This document shows, one piece after another, positions 37,336 to 50,331 of a stretch of DNA of 64,000 bases. The stretch's first letter is position 1. Every line of letters begins with the position of its first letter. Origin of the DNA: Eledone cirrhosa (Eukaryota); NCBI GenBank assembly GCA_964016885.1, contig OZ024742.1:358112001-358176000 (forward strand), in the 5' to 3' direction. The position numbers and the translations under genes were made by a program. Below the pieces are notes generated by a model that had not been told where the DNA came from, did not search any database, and saw only the letters and a program-made list of their open reading frames with translations.

Positions 37336-40300
37336 TTAAATCAAGGTAGCATTTAATCTTATAATGAAAAATTTGATGAGGATGGATATATAATTTTCTG
37401 CACTATTTATATAATGATGTAGTTAATATTTATTTGAATTCATAAATAGATGTTTACTGTCCACCAGGGTTGTAGGGCTGCCAGCACGTCAGCCACCATC
37501 TGCTTATGAGAGATAGGGAGAGCGGGAGGGATGGAGGCAGTGATGTTTGGAGTTTGGTTCCATTGTTTTCTCCTCCAGGCAGATAACAAAACACTTAGAG
37601 AAAATTTGAATATGTAATAACACACCCGGAGCACACTGTAAAGGGATTGTTTTTGGGCTGATGATAAAAACTATACAGCCCACACTGTAAATATGGTTGG
37701 TGTTAAGATGAAATCTGTCCAGAAACAGTTTTGTAGGAGCATGACATTGCCATCTGATTTGGCTTGTCTGAGAACAGGACAACTTGTCTAACCCATGCTG
37801 CTGGCTCTCTGTTATGGTCAACTTTTTCTTTCATCCTTTTAGATTTTATAAATATAAAATGTCAACCAACATAACAAACGCACTATGCCTACATGTAATA
37901 ACAATATGGATCTGCTGTAGACATGCTTCCCATTAGCAATGGCTGAATAAATTGTTTGGTTTGGTTTGGTGACATCCATAACAGGCTTGATGGAGAAAAC
38001 CTCTCTGTAGTTATTGTATTATATATATATATAATATACATCACGACAAATCACTTCTAGTCAACTGGTTATAATAATTGTACATCGTTTGTTAAAGTCC
38101 TGAGCTTCTATATGGTTAACATTGCTGGTTGGGTTTAACACAATTCTGGCTTCTCCCATCTCTGTGACAATACTGTAGTAATATAGTACCCATCCAGTGT
38201 GGAGGATTAGTGGAAATATTAGAGTATTAGATCGGTTACCTTGTCCTATCTGCTCCAGCTCTATATATTCTGAGTTCCAATTTTATCTCTTGTCACCAGA
38301 AAAAGGGAAACATGATATAACTGGGGCCCCTAAACCTAAAACTTCCCCAAAAGCTCATATGAAATACAACAGCATAGAAACCATCTAGATTGTAGGTGTG
38401 AGTCATAACAACAAAACTAGTTTCATAATCCATTTAACTTTGATGAAACTGTGGACTATATTATTTATAGGGATATATTATCTGCAAAAGTAAAGTTCTA
38501 TTTTAGCACACTTGAATGTAGACTTTTATAGATCATAATATTTCATTTTGTTAGCATCCAATATTAGAAAGTATTGGTCTGTTATGCAGCTGAACTTACT
38601 TTTACATTTTTTTCTGTTGAACAGTTGGAATAATTTGTTGGTTTTAGGTAGATTTCTATTGACTGAGAAAGAATTCTGTTTTGCTAATGCAGAACCATCC
38701 TAGTTTTTTCTTGGGCCTTACATATCTATAAAAGGTGACGAATTGTCTGAGTCATTAGAACACCAGATAGAATACTTTGTGGTATTGATTTGGGTTGTCA
38801 GCACTGGGGTCAACTTTACCTTTTATCTTTCTGAGGTCAATAGAAATGTACCAGTCGAGAACTGTGGTCAATTCTTCTTCTTTATTTCTCTCTCATCTCC
38901 TCTTTTATTTTTCTCACTCTCCTTCCTTCTCTGAGAGAAACTGGCTGTTCAGACATGGAAAGGTAATGGGCTCTATCAGCTTTAAAACATTCAAGATACA
39001 CAGTACATCACTAAATCCCCCCTATGATTGCATCAGGAGTTATAGTTTCACACATACACTGCTAACACTCTATTATTGAATATGTCTCCTCTTTGGTGGG
39101 ATGTCAGGAACTGTAGATTATATTGCTGTTAAATTAAACCTGTTTGATTCAAATTAATCTCAGAACATTTTATGTGTCACTGTGTATGTTTGTTTGTAAT
39201 ATTTTATTCCACATTTTGCAAATAAATTATCAATCTGTTTTTTGATTTTTACTGTTATCAAGTTGGTTCTGAGATATAAATATAAAAATACATCATGCAG
39301 TAAACTGGTCTGATACAGCAAATAAAATATTAAGCATTTACATCAGAGAATATTTTCAGATACATAGGTAATGAAATATGTTTAAAGATTTTTCTTCACT
39401 GGGTAAAAATAGAAAAAAAGGTTGAGTTCTCCTTTAATGTAAGTCACATCAAATAGTATTATGAAGCAGTTGCAAGAAATATTAAATTTATTAAATTCAA
39501 AGTAATTTCAGACCTAAGATTGATTTTTTAAAGCATACAGCAATCAATAATTCAGCAAAACCTGATCATTTCAATTTTGAGGCAGGTCACATGGTTAATG
39601 TTTTATTTTATTTTTAATGAGTTTAAAAAAATGTCTGCATTAGCTAAAAGATGTTAAAGTTAATCTAATCCGGAATACTGCAAGGATATAAAAGCCATGT
39701 TATTAATATTCTAATTTTGGAGCTGTTAAACTGATAAGAGTAACATTTTTTCTGGATGAGGTACTATTATGTTGTAAACACATTTTACAGAAAGATTTAA
39801 TAGTTTTCTTTTTCAATAGTTAAATTAAAATCTAAAAATAAACAGCATGTTGATACTGACATACCATCACTTGATAAGAACTTCTGACCTATATGTTTAC
39901 ATAATCTGATTACCTTGAAGTGCTAAAACTTGGGAAATATTTAACGTACTACAACCAAGAAGTCACAGAGTGTCTAGGAGTCATTTATCTTACTACATTA
40001 GGTGAACTGACTATATTAGGTGAACTGACTACATAAGGTGAACTTACAAAATAAAAAAAAAAAGAAAATGGTTGCTGAAGTATTTTATGTTAATAGTTAT
40101 GATTTGGAATGTGACAAAAAAAAAAAAGAAAAACAACCTGTTGAACTATTTAAAGAAGAAAATGTTATAAGAATTGGAATTGAGAATTGGAGAATACGAG
40201 AGTTAATATGGTGCTATATTTAGTTTTTCTATTAACGTTATTGACTTCAGATTTAGAAAAGGTTGAATTTACCTTTCAGCCCATTGGAATTGACAATAAT

Positions 40301-40996
40301 TTCCAATTATAAACATGGATCATCAATTCATAAGGTTATATCTCTCACCTGCAAAAATTTAGTCTTCAGGCAAGTCAAGAGAAATCAATGTAAAAGGATA
40401 ACTTCAAGAATATAAAATAAAAAAAATGAATATCAATATTTAATAAGTTGCTATGTAATATTTTATTCTTTTTACAGTACCTTGCACCAACTATCTCTAA
40501 TGTTATGGATTTTATTACAAAATCTAGATATTTACACCTTAGTGGAGCATCTATTCTCATAGTTAAATATCCTACCTATCACAAACTACCAGGCTGTACA
40601 TTAAGAACTATTCCTCCTGTCATTCAGTCTAATTATTAATTACTAAATTTCAGAAAGCCAGTACAATGCAGTAGAAATATATAAAGGGCAAAGAATGATA
40701 AATAAAACAAAACAAAATAATTCTTCACTATATTTTACAATATTTTAACATGATATTTCAAGGTTTTAACCCTCTTTTCAAATGTAAAAATCGATCGTTC
40801 ATTGGTGACCTCAATGTCAAGATTGGATAATATAATGGCTCCATGCATATTTCAGGCAAGTAGACACATCGACCATTGCTTTTTGTTTTGAACCACTTTT
40901 GTTTACATAACAAAAGAGGGTATTAGCCCTGAAATATCATGTTGAAATATACTGACTTTGTTTTGTTTTATTTGTCATCCATTGCTCTTTATATAG

Positions 40997-41391
40997 TTCA
41001 CCTCTCAAAGGTTATGACACAGGACCGTGACCTCTGGCATCCCGCAGTAATACAGAAGACCCGACTTCTGTATTACAAGCCGAAGCTGAAGCATATAGAC
41101 AATATGCCCTCACCCCATCTTACTGCAAAGTGGTCATGGAGGTGCCACGGAAAAAAGCACCCAGCCCACACTGTAAAGTGGATATGTAGGCACCATGGAA
41201 AAAAAGCACCCAGCACTCACTGTAAATGAGGTTGATGTTAGGAAGGGCATCCAGCTGTAGAAATCAAGCCAGAATCAGTTCCCGTATGAGCAAGACAAGG
41301 TCATCTGACTAGGCCCACAACAGGACAACGTGTCTAACCCATGCTAGCATGGAAGAATGGACGTGAAACGGTGATGATGATGATGATGATG
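40997..41391 (+). mobile_element. RTE family B 3' fragment
   Basis: MTQDRDLWHPAVIQKTR plus a UTR matching 9045-9338 and a (GAT)n tail. Confidence 0.85.
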
Positions 41392-41734
41392 ATATTTCTA
41401 CTGCATTGTACTAACTTTCTGAAACTTATCAATCATTTATTACATATCTCACAATACTTCGTATTAACTATACTAAATTATTAATTATAATTACTTATTT
41501 TATATCACATTTGGTGAATAATTGTGTTGTTGTTAGTCACATATTTACAATGGACCTAGCACTGCATTTAGGATAATAAGAGTGACAAGGGCACAGCTAT
41601 GCAAATCATGCAGAACAAATATCATAAGGGATGCTGTTGAAAAGAACTGAATTATCAGCTCTATCATTTATGTTTGTGTTTGCCAAGATACATCAGCAAA
41701 AGAAAAGTATACTAATAGAAATCTATGTACATAC

Positions 41735-41885
41735 ATATTCAACAGGTTTCCACATAGTTTCCGTCTACAATATTTTACTTATAAAGCATTACTGAACCTG
41801 AGACGACAATAGAGGGCACTTACTCAAGGTGCCATGTGGCTAGATTAAATGGGAGCCACAATGTTGTAAAGCATATTTCTTGACT
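41735..41885 (-). mobile_element. Old CORE-like SINE remnant (third family)
   Basis: tagtttccgtctac..cacttactcaaggtgccatgtgg; a similar decayed copy lies at ~11985-12140. Confidence 0.45.
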
Positions 41886-42149
41886 GCTATCACTGATAAA
41901 TCAAGTATTGTACTTTACCTGGTATAATGAAAGTACTCAATACAGTTGTCAAATAATCTTGTGTCACATTCTGACTGAAGGTGCCATATTGCCCATATTT
42001 TCTTAGATACCTCTAACAATGAATAGATTATAAGATTCCCTGTCTAGGGGCTAGAAACAGCAGGAGAAGGTTTTCAGAGAAGAAACCCTCACCTTAAGCA
42101 AGTGTTTCAGTCCAATGTTTAGCACTATATGTAGTAGATTGTTTGATAT

Positions 42150-42355
42150 ATAATTGTTTCTGATTTAGGCACAAGGCCAACAATTTTGGGGGAAGGGGAA
42201 GGTTGATTAAATCAACCCCAGTGTGTTACAGGTACTTTATTTTATCAACCAGATAAAGATGAAAGACAAAGCTTACATCAACAGGATTTGAACTCAAAAC
42301 ATAAAGGGCCATGATTTTATGGTGTCTGATGTTCAAACAATACAGCCAATTCACT
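42150..42355 (-). mobile_element. SINE family 1, long-tail variant
   Basis: ggcacaaggcc..ggtactttattttatc..ggatttgaactca. Confidence 0.7.
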
Positions 42356-44610
42356 AGCCTATGTTCAGTGATATACATTTCCAGCACTTTCATAACTCAT
42401 GTGCTTTATTTAAATCTAGCAATGCTATAATAAAAAGAAGATAGGCAACAATGTCAGTCAAACTTTAGCTTATTGATACTGTGCTTGCATGGTTTACATA
42501 TGAGGTTCAATTGTTTGTAGGCACCTCTGTCCTAATCGTTTCTTCCATAAGGGCAATTTACCAATATTTCTCAGCTATTATCTATAGTTATCAACTGTCA
42601 ATACAGTTATTTTCTGCATTCAGTACTCTCACATTTTCAAATGTCAAACACTTGCAGTCCTTTGTTAATTCATAAGGTTTATATAATCTTTTTTTTTTTT
42701 TTTTAAGAATGGTCCTTTAGTTCCATTGTAATTCGTTAATGTATTGTCAGATATGTAACTGATCCAGTAGTTATTATGTCATCAGCGGGCCATGAACTTT
42801 AAATCATGCACGTCTAGTATTTTTCATTTTATGGTGTACATGGTTTATAGATGTGGAAATGAGTGTGTGGAAATGAGTGTGTGAGTATATGTGCTTGAAT
42901 GTGAGTGAATGTTCAAGTTGCGTCATATAATGGGAAGAATATTGTTTGGATGATTTGTAATTGATAATGGTCCATGACAGATTGCTGCTATGATCCAATG
43001 AATATATTCTGAAAGATGTCAGAAAGCTAAATATTAAAGCTCAGACTATTATATTCTGAAATATTATGAAACTTCTGGGGGAAATAAAAATTTAAGATTC
43101 TGTACCAAAGGATAACTTGAAGAAAAGATATGTGACAACAAAACATTCTAATATTCTCTCACATTCAATTGATATTTCCATTCTAGATGATATTATAATC
43201 AGACAGAATTTGGTAAAATATCCTCATATCAGTGCTTCATTGATCAGAATTATTCATTCTGTCAGATTAAAATAATCTTTAAACATACTCCTGTGTATTT
43301 TTACCTCCACTTTGTAACTATAACCTTAGTTTTGTATGGAACCTTAACTCCTTTTTCAACTATATATATATTATATGTAAATTCTAGTTTAAAGAATAAC
43401 TGCCTGTACCACTTCAAACCACATTAGAAAGATATTCTTGAAAACTTTAAAACAGGAATATGATTGCATCCCATTTAATATGGTAATCTTTTTTCTGATA
43501 CTGCAAGTTTTCACAACAATCTGTCCATTATGATCAAACACTACAAATATTATCAAACATATTTTAAATGATATTTTCTGCTAAAACATTGCAGGATGTT
43601 AAGTGTTAGGCAGAACAAACCCAAGTAAGTAACGGAATATTTATTTGGTTAAACATAAAGAAAAAGAAAGCAGTATTGGAAAGAACTATAAAGGCCATAA
43701 ATGAGAGGAAAAGGAGGGGAAGAGCCAGGTCTACTAAACAAAGGAAGAAAGAAAGGGGGAAGGGGAGAGGTTGACAGACTCTGCACCTATGTCAGAATAG
43801 TGTTTCAGCTGTGCCCTGTGGACAAATGGACAAAGGCATTTCTACAGGGACAATGGCCAGTGACACCCACTGCAACAACCACAACACCTCATGAGGCTCA
43901 TTCCTCAGATGGGTTGCTATTGAACCGATTTTATGGAGGAAGTCAACTGTCCTGGGTACGGGGACGCCTGAGGTCTTGACAGCAACTGGTACAAAGAGAA
44001 AGCAGCTGTACAAGTTCCAGTATTAATTAATTAACCAATAAATAGACAATGTTCTTTAAAGTAACTGCTAATTACTGTAAACAAATGGTGGAAAATGATG
44101 AGAAGTTGTTTTTACTCCTACTGTTCTCATCGGCTGTGTTCATGCTACACAGGCAAAACTAACATTCTCTAAAGTAGTTTTGTTTCCAATTTTACTTGCT
44201 GTGTGAGCAACTCTATTATATTTGTTGTTACTACTAGCAGTGTTGCCCACATTTTGTGTGTCAGTGTGATAATGCCCATGATATAATGTTTCTTTTTTTT
44301 GTTAAATTGAGTTATATGTCTTTCATTTTTGTTCTATTTGTAAAACAGTTTTGGTTCATTGGTATTCTCTTTTGTCTTGTAGAAATAAATATATCTGAAA
44401 TAACAGGACTTAAAGCATTCCTTAGTATAGAGAATGAACCTGTGGGTTTTACAATAGTGTTCCTTTGTTGAATAATCTGAAAGGGTATAATTTTCCTTCA
44501 GTGAGAATGTGGTAATAATCCAAAGTATTTAGATGTTGCAAAAAAAACCTCTTAGTGCAGCAGCAGCAGCAGCAGCAGCAGAGCAACAACAACAACAACA
44601 ACAACAACAA

Positions 44611-44933
44611 ACTAAAACAATACCAGTGGTTGTAGGCGCTCTAGGAATGATACCTAAGGGGTCTAATGATTACTTATCGCAAATCCCAGGAAACCCGCGT
44701 ATAGGAGAAATACAAAAGATAGTACTAATGGGAACTGCCCATATACTAAGGAAGATTCTGTAAATATAAGTACATCACAGGTCTAAACACCTAAACATGC
44801 ATGTGTGTGTATGTATGTTCTTTCTTGAACATGGCAGACCTTGTTGTCTCTTGAGGTCACTGGTTGTGACTTGGTGATAACTCGTATGAACATAAAGCAA
44901 GATAAATGCAACTATAATAATAATAATAATAAT
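44611..44933 (+). mobile_element. R4/Dong-like LINE 3' fragment
   Basis: TIPVVVGALGMIPK..IQKIVLMGTAHILRKIL* resembles the R4/Dong RLE C-terminus; starts in (CAA)n and ends in (TAA)n. Confidence 0.75.
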
Positions 44934-45307
44934 GATTTCCTTTATTAGCCACAAGGGCCGACATGTAGGGGATAATACAAAGACAGGGACAGTGGGGGTT
45001 TACAATAAGGTCGAGTAAAAGTGCACAATGGCAAGACTAATTTAACAATGAAAATATAAAAATATAAAATAAACTATGCATAAATATAACAAAATAAATT
45101 CCCCGATAGGGGGTGGACGACCCACGGGTGATTCGGGTACCCCACCAATCCTGAACCACCCTGCGCTTCTAAGGCACCCAGGAGAGCACCCCTCTCCTCA
45201 AGTTAGCCAGCCTATAGGCGCATGGTCAGAGTAGGCCCATTCACACGAGCCATTCTCACCACATTCACCCACCTTTTAGCAAATGTACTGGGGGGAAGCA
45301 CTTCTCT
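44934..45307 (-). mobile_element. Probable Tx1/L1-like LINE 3' fragment
   Basis: minus strand EVLPPSTFAKRWVNVVRMARVNGPTLTMRL*, GC-rich UTR, AATAAA near the end; flanked by (TAA)n on both sides. Confidence 0.45.
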
Positions 45308-45557
45308 AATAATAGTAATAATAATGATAATATACTTACTAATACTAATTGCAAAGAACATTGTCAATGTAAGATTAGGAGAGCAAACCACGTTGTACCT
45401 ATGGACAGAATGGTAAATTTTTGTAGCAGTTATCTATAGAGATGGAAAAGTGTGTCATAACAAACTGTCACCCACCCAAGGCCCCTTGTTGAAACCCAGT
45501 GGGATGTATGGGAATATACAGATATCCAAGGTAAATAATAGCAATAATGATAATAAT

Positions 45558-45855
45558 AATAGTTTCTGATTTTGGCACAAGGGCAACAATTTTGAGGGAA
45601 GGGAAAGTCAATTAAATCGACCCCAGTGAATTATGGGTGATTTATTTTATTGACTCTGTAAGGATGAAAGTTGGTAGTATCGGTAGAGGGTTGGACGCCA
45701 TGCTTTGCAGCAAAGTGTTACGGCCCTTTATGGTCTGAGTTCATATCCCGTTGAGGTTAACTTTGCCTTTCATCCTTACGGGGGTCGATAAAATAAAGTA
45801 CCAGTAATACACTGGGTTAATTGCTGGCCTTGTGACAAAAATAGAAACAATTATT
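45558..45855. mobile_element. Two SINE family 1 copies in opposite orientation
   Basis: minus partial copy 45558-45670 abutting plus copy 45670-45855. Confidence 0.75.
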
Positions 45856-46545
45856 ATAAATAATTTCTTGTATTAGTAAAAGGCATTGAATTGGTATAAA
45901 GGATGAGTATAGTTGGTGAAACAATTGTTGTAAACTACTGGTATTTTCTCAAGTTTAGAGAAATGAAAGGGAAAGTCAACATAGAGTAATTAAAATTGAC
46001 ATATTTAGATACAGATTGACATATTGTCTGGTATTCTTGATGGTCTTCATTAGAAATCAGAATATGAAAGGAACACAACTACATACTGTAACACAAATAT
46101 ATTTCTTGTTGTTCACATCAACCGATATTTAGACTGGAATGGTCTCTTTTGTGAGAAGAAAAACATTGAACTGTAAATTTAAACTATTCCTTTAGGATAA
46201 ATGCCACATTTCATTATCAAACTTCACATATAAACAATATATTTGACAGGATATCTATCGGTAAGTTATATTTTTACTTATAATCTCTATAAAAATAGGC
46301 TAGCAACTAAAAAGCCAGATTGAGAAAAGTAGAATTCTTCTCATGTCTATTATTTATTTCCACCCTACTGCTACCTATAAGTGGACTTTTCATCTGCTAG
46401 AAACAACAACAAAATAATTCTTTAGTAACTACCTACTCTGTTTGAATTATGGAGGACATTGGATAATGTTGGAAACATACTTAATAAAATGGTTTCTGAT
46501 TTAGGCACAAGGCCAACAATTTGAGGGGAGAGGAAATTCAATTAA

Positions 46546-46766
46546 CCCTTTAGTATTTACATTACTCTATATTTACTATTATATTTTCATGGTAAAGACT
46601 TTACCTCACATAATTATCTCACATAATATCGAATCTACGAGATTTTGATATTAGTTATTTTGAGAACAATACCTTAACATTAGTATGAGTAGCCGGTTAC
46701 AACCAGTTTGATCAGAGAGAAGTCAAAGAATTCTGTCCGAATATGGCTGGTTTAAATGCTAAAGGG
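46546..46766. mobile_element. piggyBac-type MITE inserted into a SINE family 1 copy
   Basis: TTAA at 46542-46545 and 46767-46770; SINE halves at ~46490-46541 and ~46771-46840. Confidence 0.85.
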
Positions 46767-47191
46767 TTAAATTGACTCCAGTGAATTACTAGTGCTTTAT
46801 TTTATTGATCCTGTAAGGATAAAATGCAAAGCTAACCTCTTTGATAGAATATGTGACTGTGATCATAATTTTGATTGATCATTGCTGTCCTGGGGACATA
46901 GTCATCAATTGCCAGATAACTCAGATATATAAATGAGATTATACAGTAACTGCATTGAAATGTCAGGTAGAACGCTTTGGACTTTCCAGTTCATCTCTCT
47001 GCACTCTCAGTTCAAAACCTGCTCAGGTTAACTTTGCCTTTGATCCTTTCAAATTCGATAAAAACGTATTGACGTATATTCTTCCTCTATATCTCTTTTT
47101 CTTTCTCTCTATTACTCTCTCTCTCTCCTCTTGTCTCAAAGAAATTGTCTGTATTTAGGCATTGAGAGGGGATAAGCTCTGCTACATTTAA

Positions 47192-47376
47192 CCTTTTAGA
47201 ATTTACATTACTCTATATTTACTATTGCATTTTTACAGTAAAGGCTTTTCACATAATATTGAATCTATGAGATTTTGATATTATTTATTTAGAGAAAAGT
47301 GGCCACTTAGGGTTGGTTTGAACAGAAAGGGGTGACAGAAACATGACCTGATATGGCTGGTTTAAATGCTAATGAG
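47192..47376. mobile_element. piggyBac-type MITE (decayed)
   Basis: TTAA-flanked, same body as 46546. Confidence 0.75.
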
Positions 47377-47669
47377 TTAAAATGCCTAAGAATTCCTGTA
47401 TGCCATAGGTTCCTATGACTCCATGAGAAGTTCCAGGTTCATAATATATACTTTAACACTTTCATTTTATGTTAACTTGTGACAAACTGGCTCCCTGGCT
47501 GGGTGAAGTTTGGAACCATTTGTGATTTAACAGGGAAACAGGATAAGCTGCAACCTCCTAAGGAGAGAAATCTTTCTCACTGGTCAGGCCCTCCTCAATA
47601 TCTTCAAGTAACACTTGAAGAGAATACTGAGGGTAAGGAAAGAGGTGCTACTTTTTAGTTTTATGAAAG

Positions 47670-47941
47670 TTAGTTTAGACCTTGGGGTAGGCCTCAGGCA
47701 CTTCAGGTTTAGGGGCTCCTCATACACAAAAAATTAGAATACAAAGCACTCCCCCAAAAAAAATTTTACATATCAAATTTAGCTTTGCGCAAGTAATTGG
47801 AATTGAAAAGTTTTACATAGAGGTATTAATTTCAAAAATTCTAACTATCCTAAAACTAAAAAGCCCAGCTGAGGGCACAAATAAATATCTATGGCCATTG
47901 CAGGTGGACCCCCTTTGTCCCCCTTATTAAATTTGGCCATG
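47670..47941 (-). mobile_element. hAT-type MITE copy
   Basis: reverse-complement similarity to 19382-19905 without the SINE. Confidence 0.6.
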
Positions 47942-49452
47942 AATCAGGGATGGAGTTTTTCACTCAGGAAAGAATCGCCACTTCTGGGAGTTAACATCAA
48001 AATTCAATTGTGATGTCCTCTAGATTTTGAACATTTTGTAGCCTTGTATTTTACATTTAATTTAATAATCTTTGACATTCAGTAAGGTCACAGATGAAAT
48101 TTATTATAAAGATAAATATTTCAATGTTTTTTATCTGTGAGAATATTTCATTTCTAGATAGCTTTCACTTCTTTTGTTTTTATTTGTAGAATGTTGATTC
48201 TATAATGATGGTTAAAATAAAAATGCATGATTCATATATTGAATATAGATTCCTATCTATTTTATCATCAAAGGAAAATAGCCGCAATGTGTTATTTGTG
48301 GAAAAACTTTGTCAAATGATTCTATGAAAACCAACAATGTTAAAGCTGAATTTGCAGAATATTTATCAACACAAGGACAAAGATAAGGACAAAATAGTGC
48401 TTTTGAAGCTCATGGGAAAATACTGAAAAGGTTGGAATTGGATTTAACAGGGGTCTACCAAGAGATGGTTGGCTAACATTCATAAACCTAGTTAGTCTTG
48501 TTTGGGGATCCAACCAGATCACTTGTATCGGGTTGCTTCTGATTGGTTCCTCTGGATGGCATGTCTGAGAACACTGACCACATGACCTTCCCAGTAGCGT
48601 CTCTCTCACCAACTTTTGGGGAAATGCCTTCTCTATTCTGTCTGCAGGGGCCGTGGGGCAGCCAGCATATGGTTCCCCATTGTCTTATAATGGGAAGAAC
48701 AAGAGAGATGGAGGAAGTGACTATACTGGCATTGCTGATGTATTTTGTAGAGTTAAAGGTTAAGTGAGCTAAAATCTTGTTCACCTCTACCAATAAATGA
48801 TTTAAAAAGTGTAAATTAATCTTTAAAAATGTATAAGTAAGTAAGCTCGCTTAGACTATTAGTAAATTTATTGGAAATAACATATAAAAAAAAGGTGGGC
48901 AAAGAAGAAGTGTCTTCGAAGAGATGAATTAGGTTATCTATGATTCCTATGTTGCAGTACTAGAAATAGCAATGGAAAAACTACATACAGTTTAGAACAA
49001 TTTTTTCAAACCATGTATTCTCAAAATGGTGTGAATTGCGCTATATATATCATCATCATTTTCACCATTTAATGTCCATTCTATTCACTAGTAAGTGTTA
49101 GATCAGTTGTCCCATTATGAGACAAGCTAGGTTAACTGACCATGTCTTGCTCATACAGAATTGTTTCTGGCTTGCTTTCTACAGCTGGATGCCCATCCTA
49201 ATGCCAACAACATTTACAGTGTGGTCCAAGTGCAGTTTTGTCATGACGTTTAGATGATCACTTTACAGTGTGTGCTGGATGCTTTTTGTTGTGACTCTTA
49301 CATCACCCTTTTACAGTATGGACTGAGGGTGGGTAAGGTAGATCTAGATTAGGGCACTTAAATTGTGCATGTGAATGTGGGGTAGAATTTTATGACATGA
49401 GAGGTGTATGGAAGTGGGAAATGGGGGAATGTGATGGTTGAAAGGGGCATAT

Positions 49453-49787
49453 ATCATCATCATCATCATTTCATTTTACGTCCACTTTTCCCTGCTTACA
49501 AGGGTGGGACGGGAACTGATTCTGGCTTGATTTCTACAGCTGGATGCCCTTCCTAACACCAACCTCATTTACAGTGAGTGCTGGGTGCGTGCTTGCCGTG
49601 GCACCTCCACGACCACTTTGCAGTGGAATGATAGGGACCCCAGTCCCTATCATCTCATTTCTACAGCTGAGTAAACTGGAGCAATGTGAAATAAAGTGTC
49701 TTGCTCAAGGAAACAACACATCACCCGGTCTGAGAATTGAACTCACAACCTTTCGATTGCAAGGCCAATGCTCTAACCACTAAGCCA
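49453..49787 (-). mobile_element. SINE family 2 with RTE-A-type tail
   Basis: tRNA head and CORE-like body; tail cccgtcccacccttgtaagcagggaaaagtggacgtaaaatg matches the RTE-A 3' end. Confidence 0.8.
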
Positions 49788-50288
49788 TCATCATCATAAT
49801 CTTACGTCCGCTTTTCCCCGCTTGCAAGGGTTGGACTGGTCCTATTCAGCACAGCATCTCTCCACTTGTCACGGTCCTTCGTCATCTCCACCGTGAGCTT
49901 CAGCGATCTGAGGTCTGCGCTCACCACCTCTACTCATGTTTTTCGTGGTCTACCTTTACCACGTCTTCCATCAACTGGGATTTCTTGGCACTTCTTCACC
50001 CATTGGTCATCCTCCATGCACATCACATGTCCATACCATCGCAGTCTCCTCTCTCGCACACTACAATCTATCCCTCGCAAACACAGTTTATCTCCCAACA
50101 CATCCATGCTCGGTCGTTCACACACATTGACATTGCACATCCAACGGAGCATGCTTGCCTCATTTGTCACCAGCCGTCGCATATCCTCGGCAGTTACTGC
50201 CCATGTCTCACTACCATGCAGCATCGCGCTCCTCACACAGGCATCATATAACCGGCCTTTCGTATGCAGGGAGAAACCCTTCTTCATC
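49787..50288 (-). mobile_element. RTE family A 3' fragment
   Basis: KKGFSLHTKGRLYDACVRSAMLHGSETWA..RGKGRPRKT; 5' end at a (TA)n tract. Confidence 0.9.
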
Positions 50289-50331
50289 ATATATACATAT
50301 TTATATATATAAATATATATATATATATATA

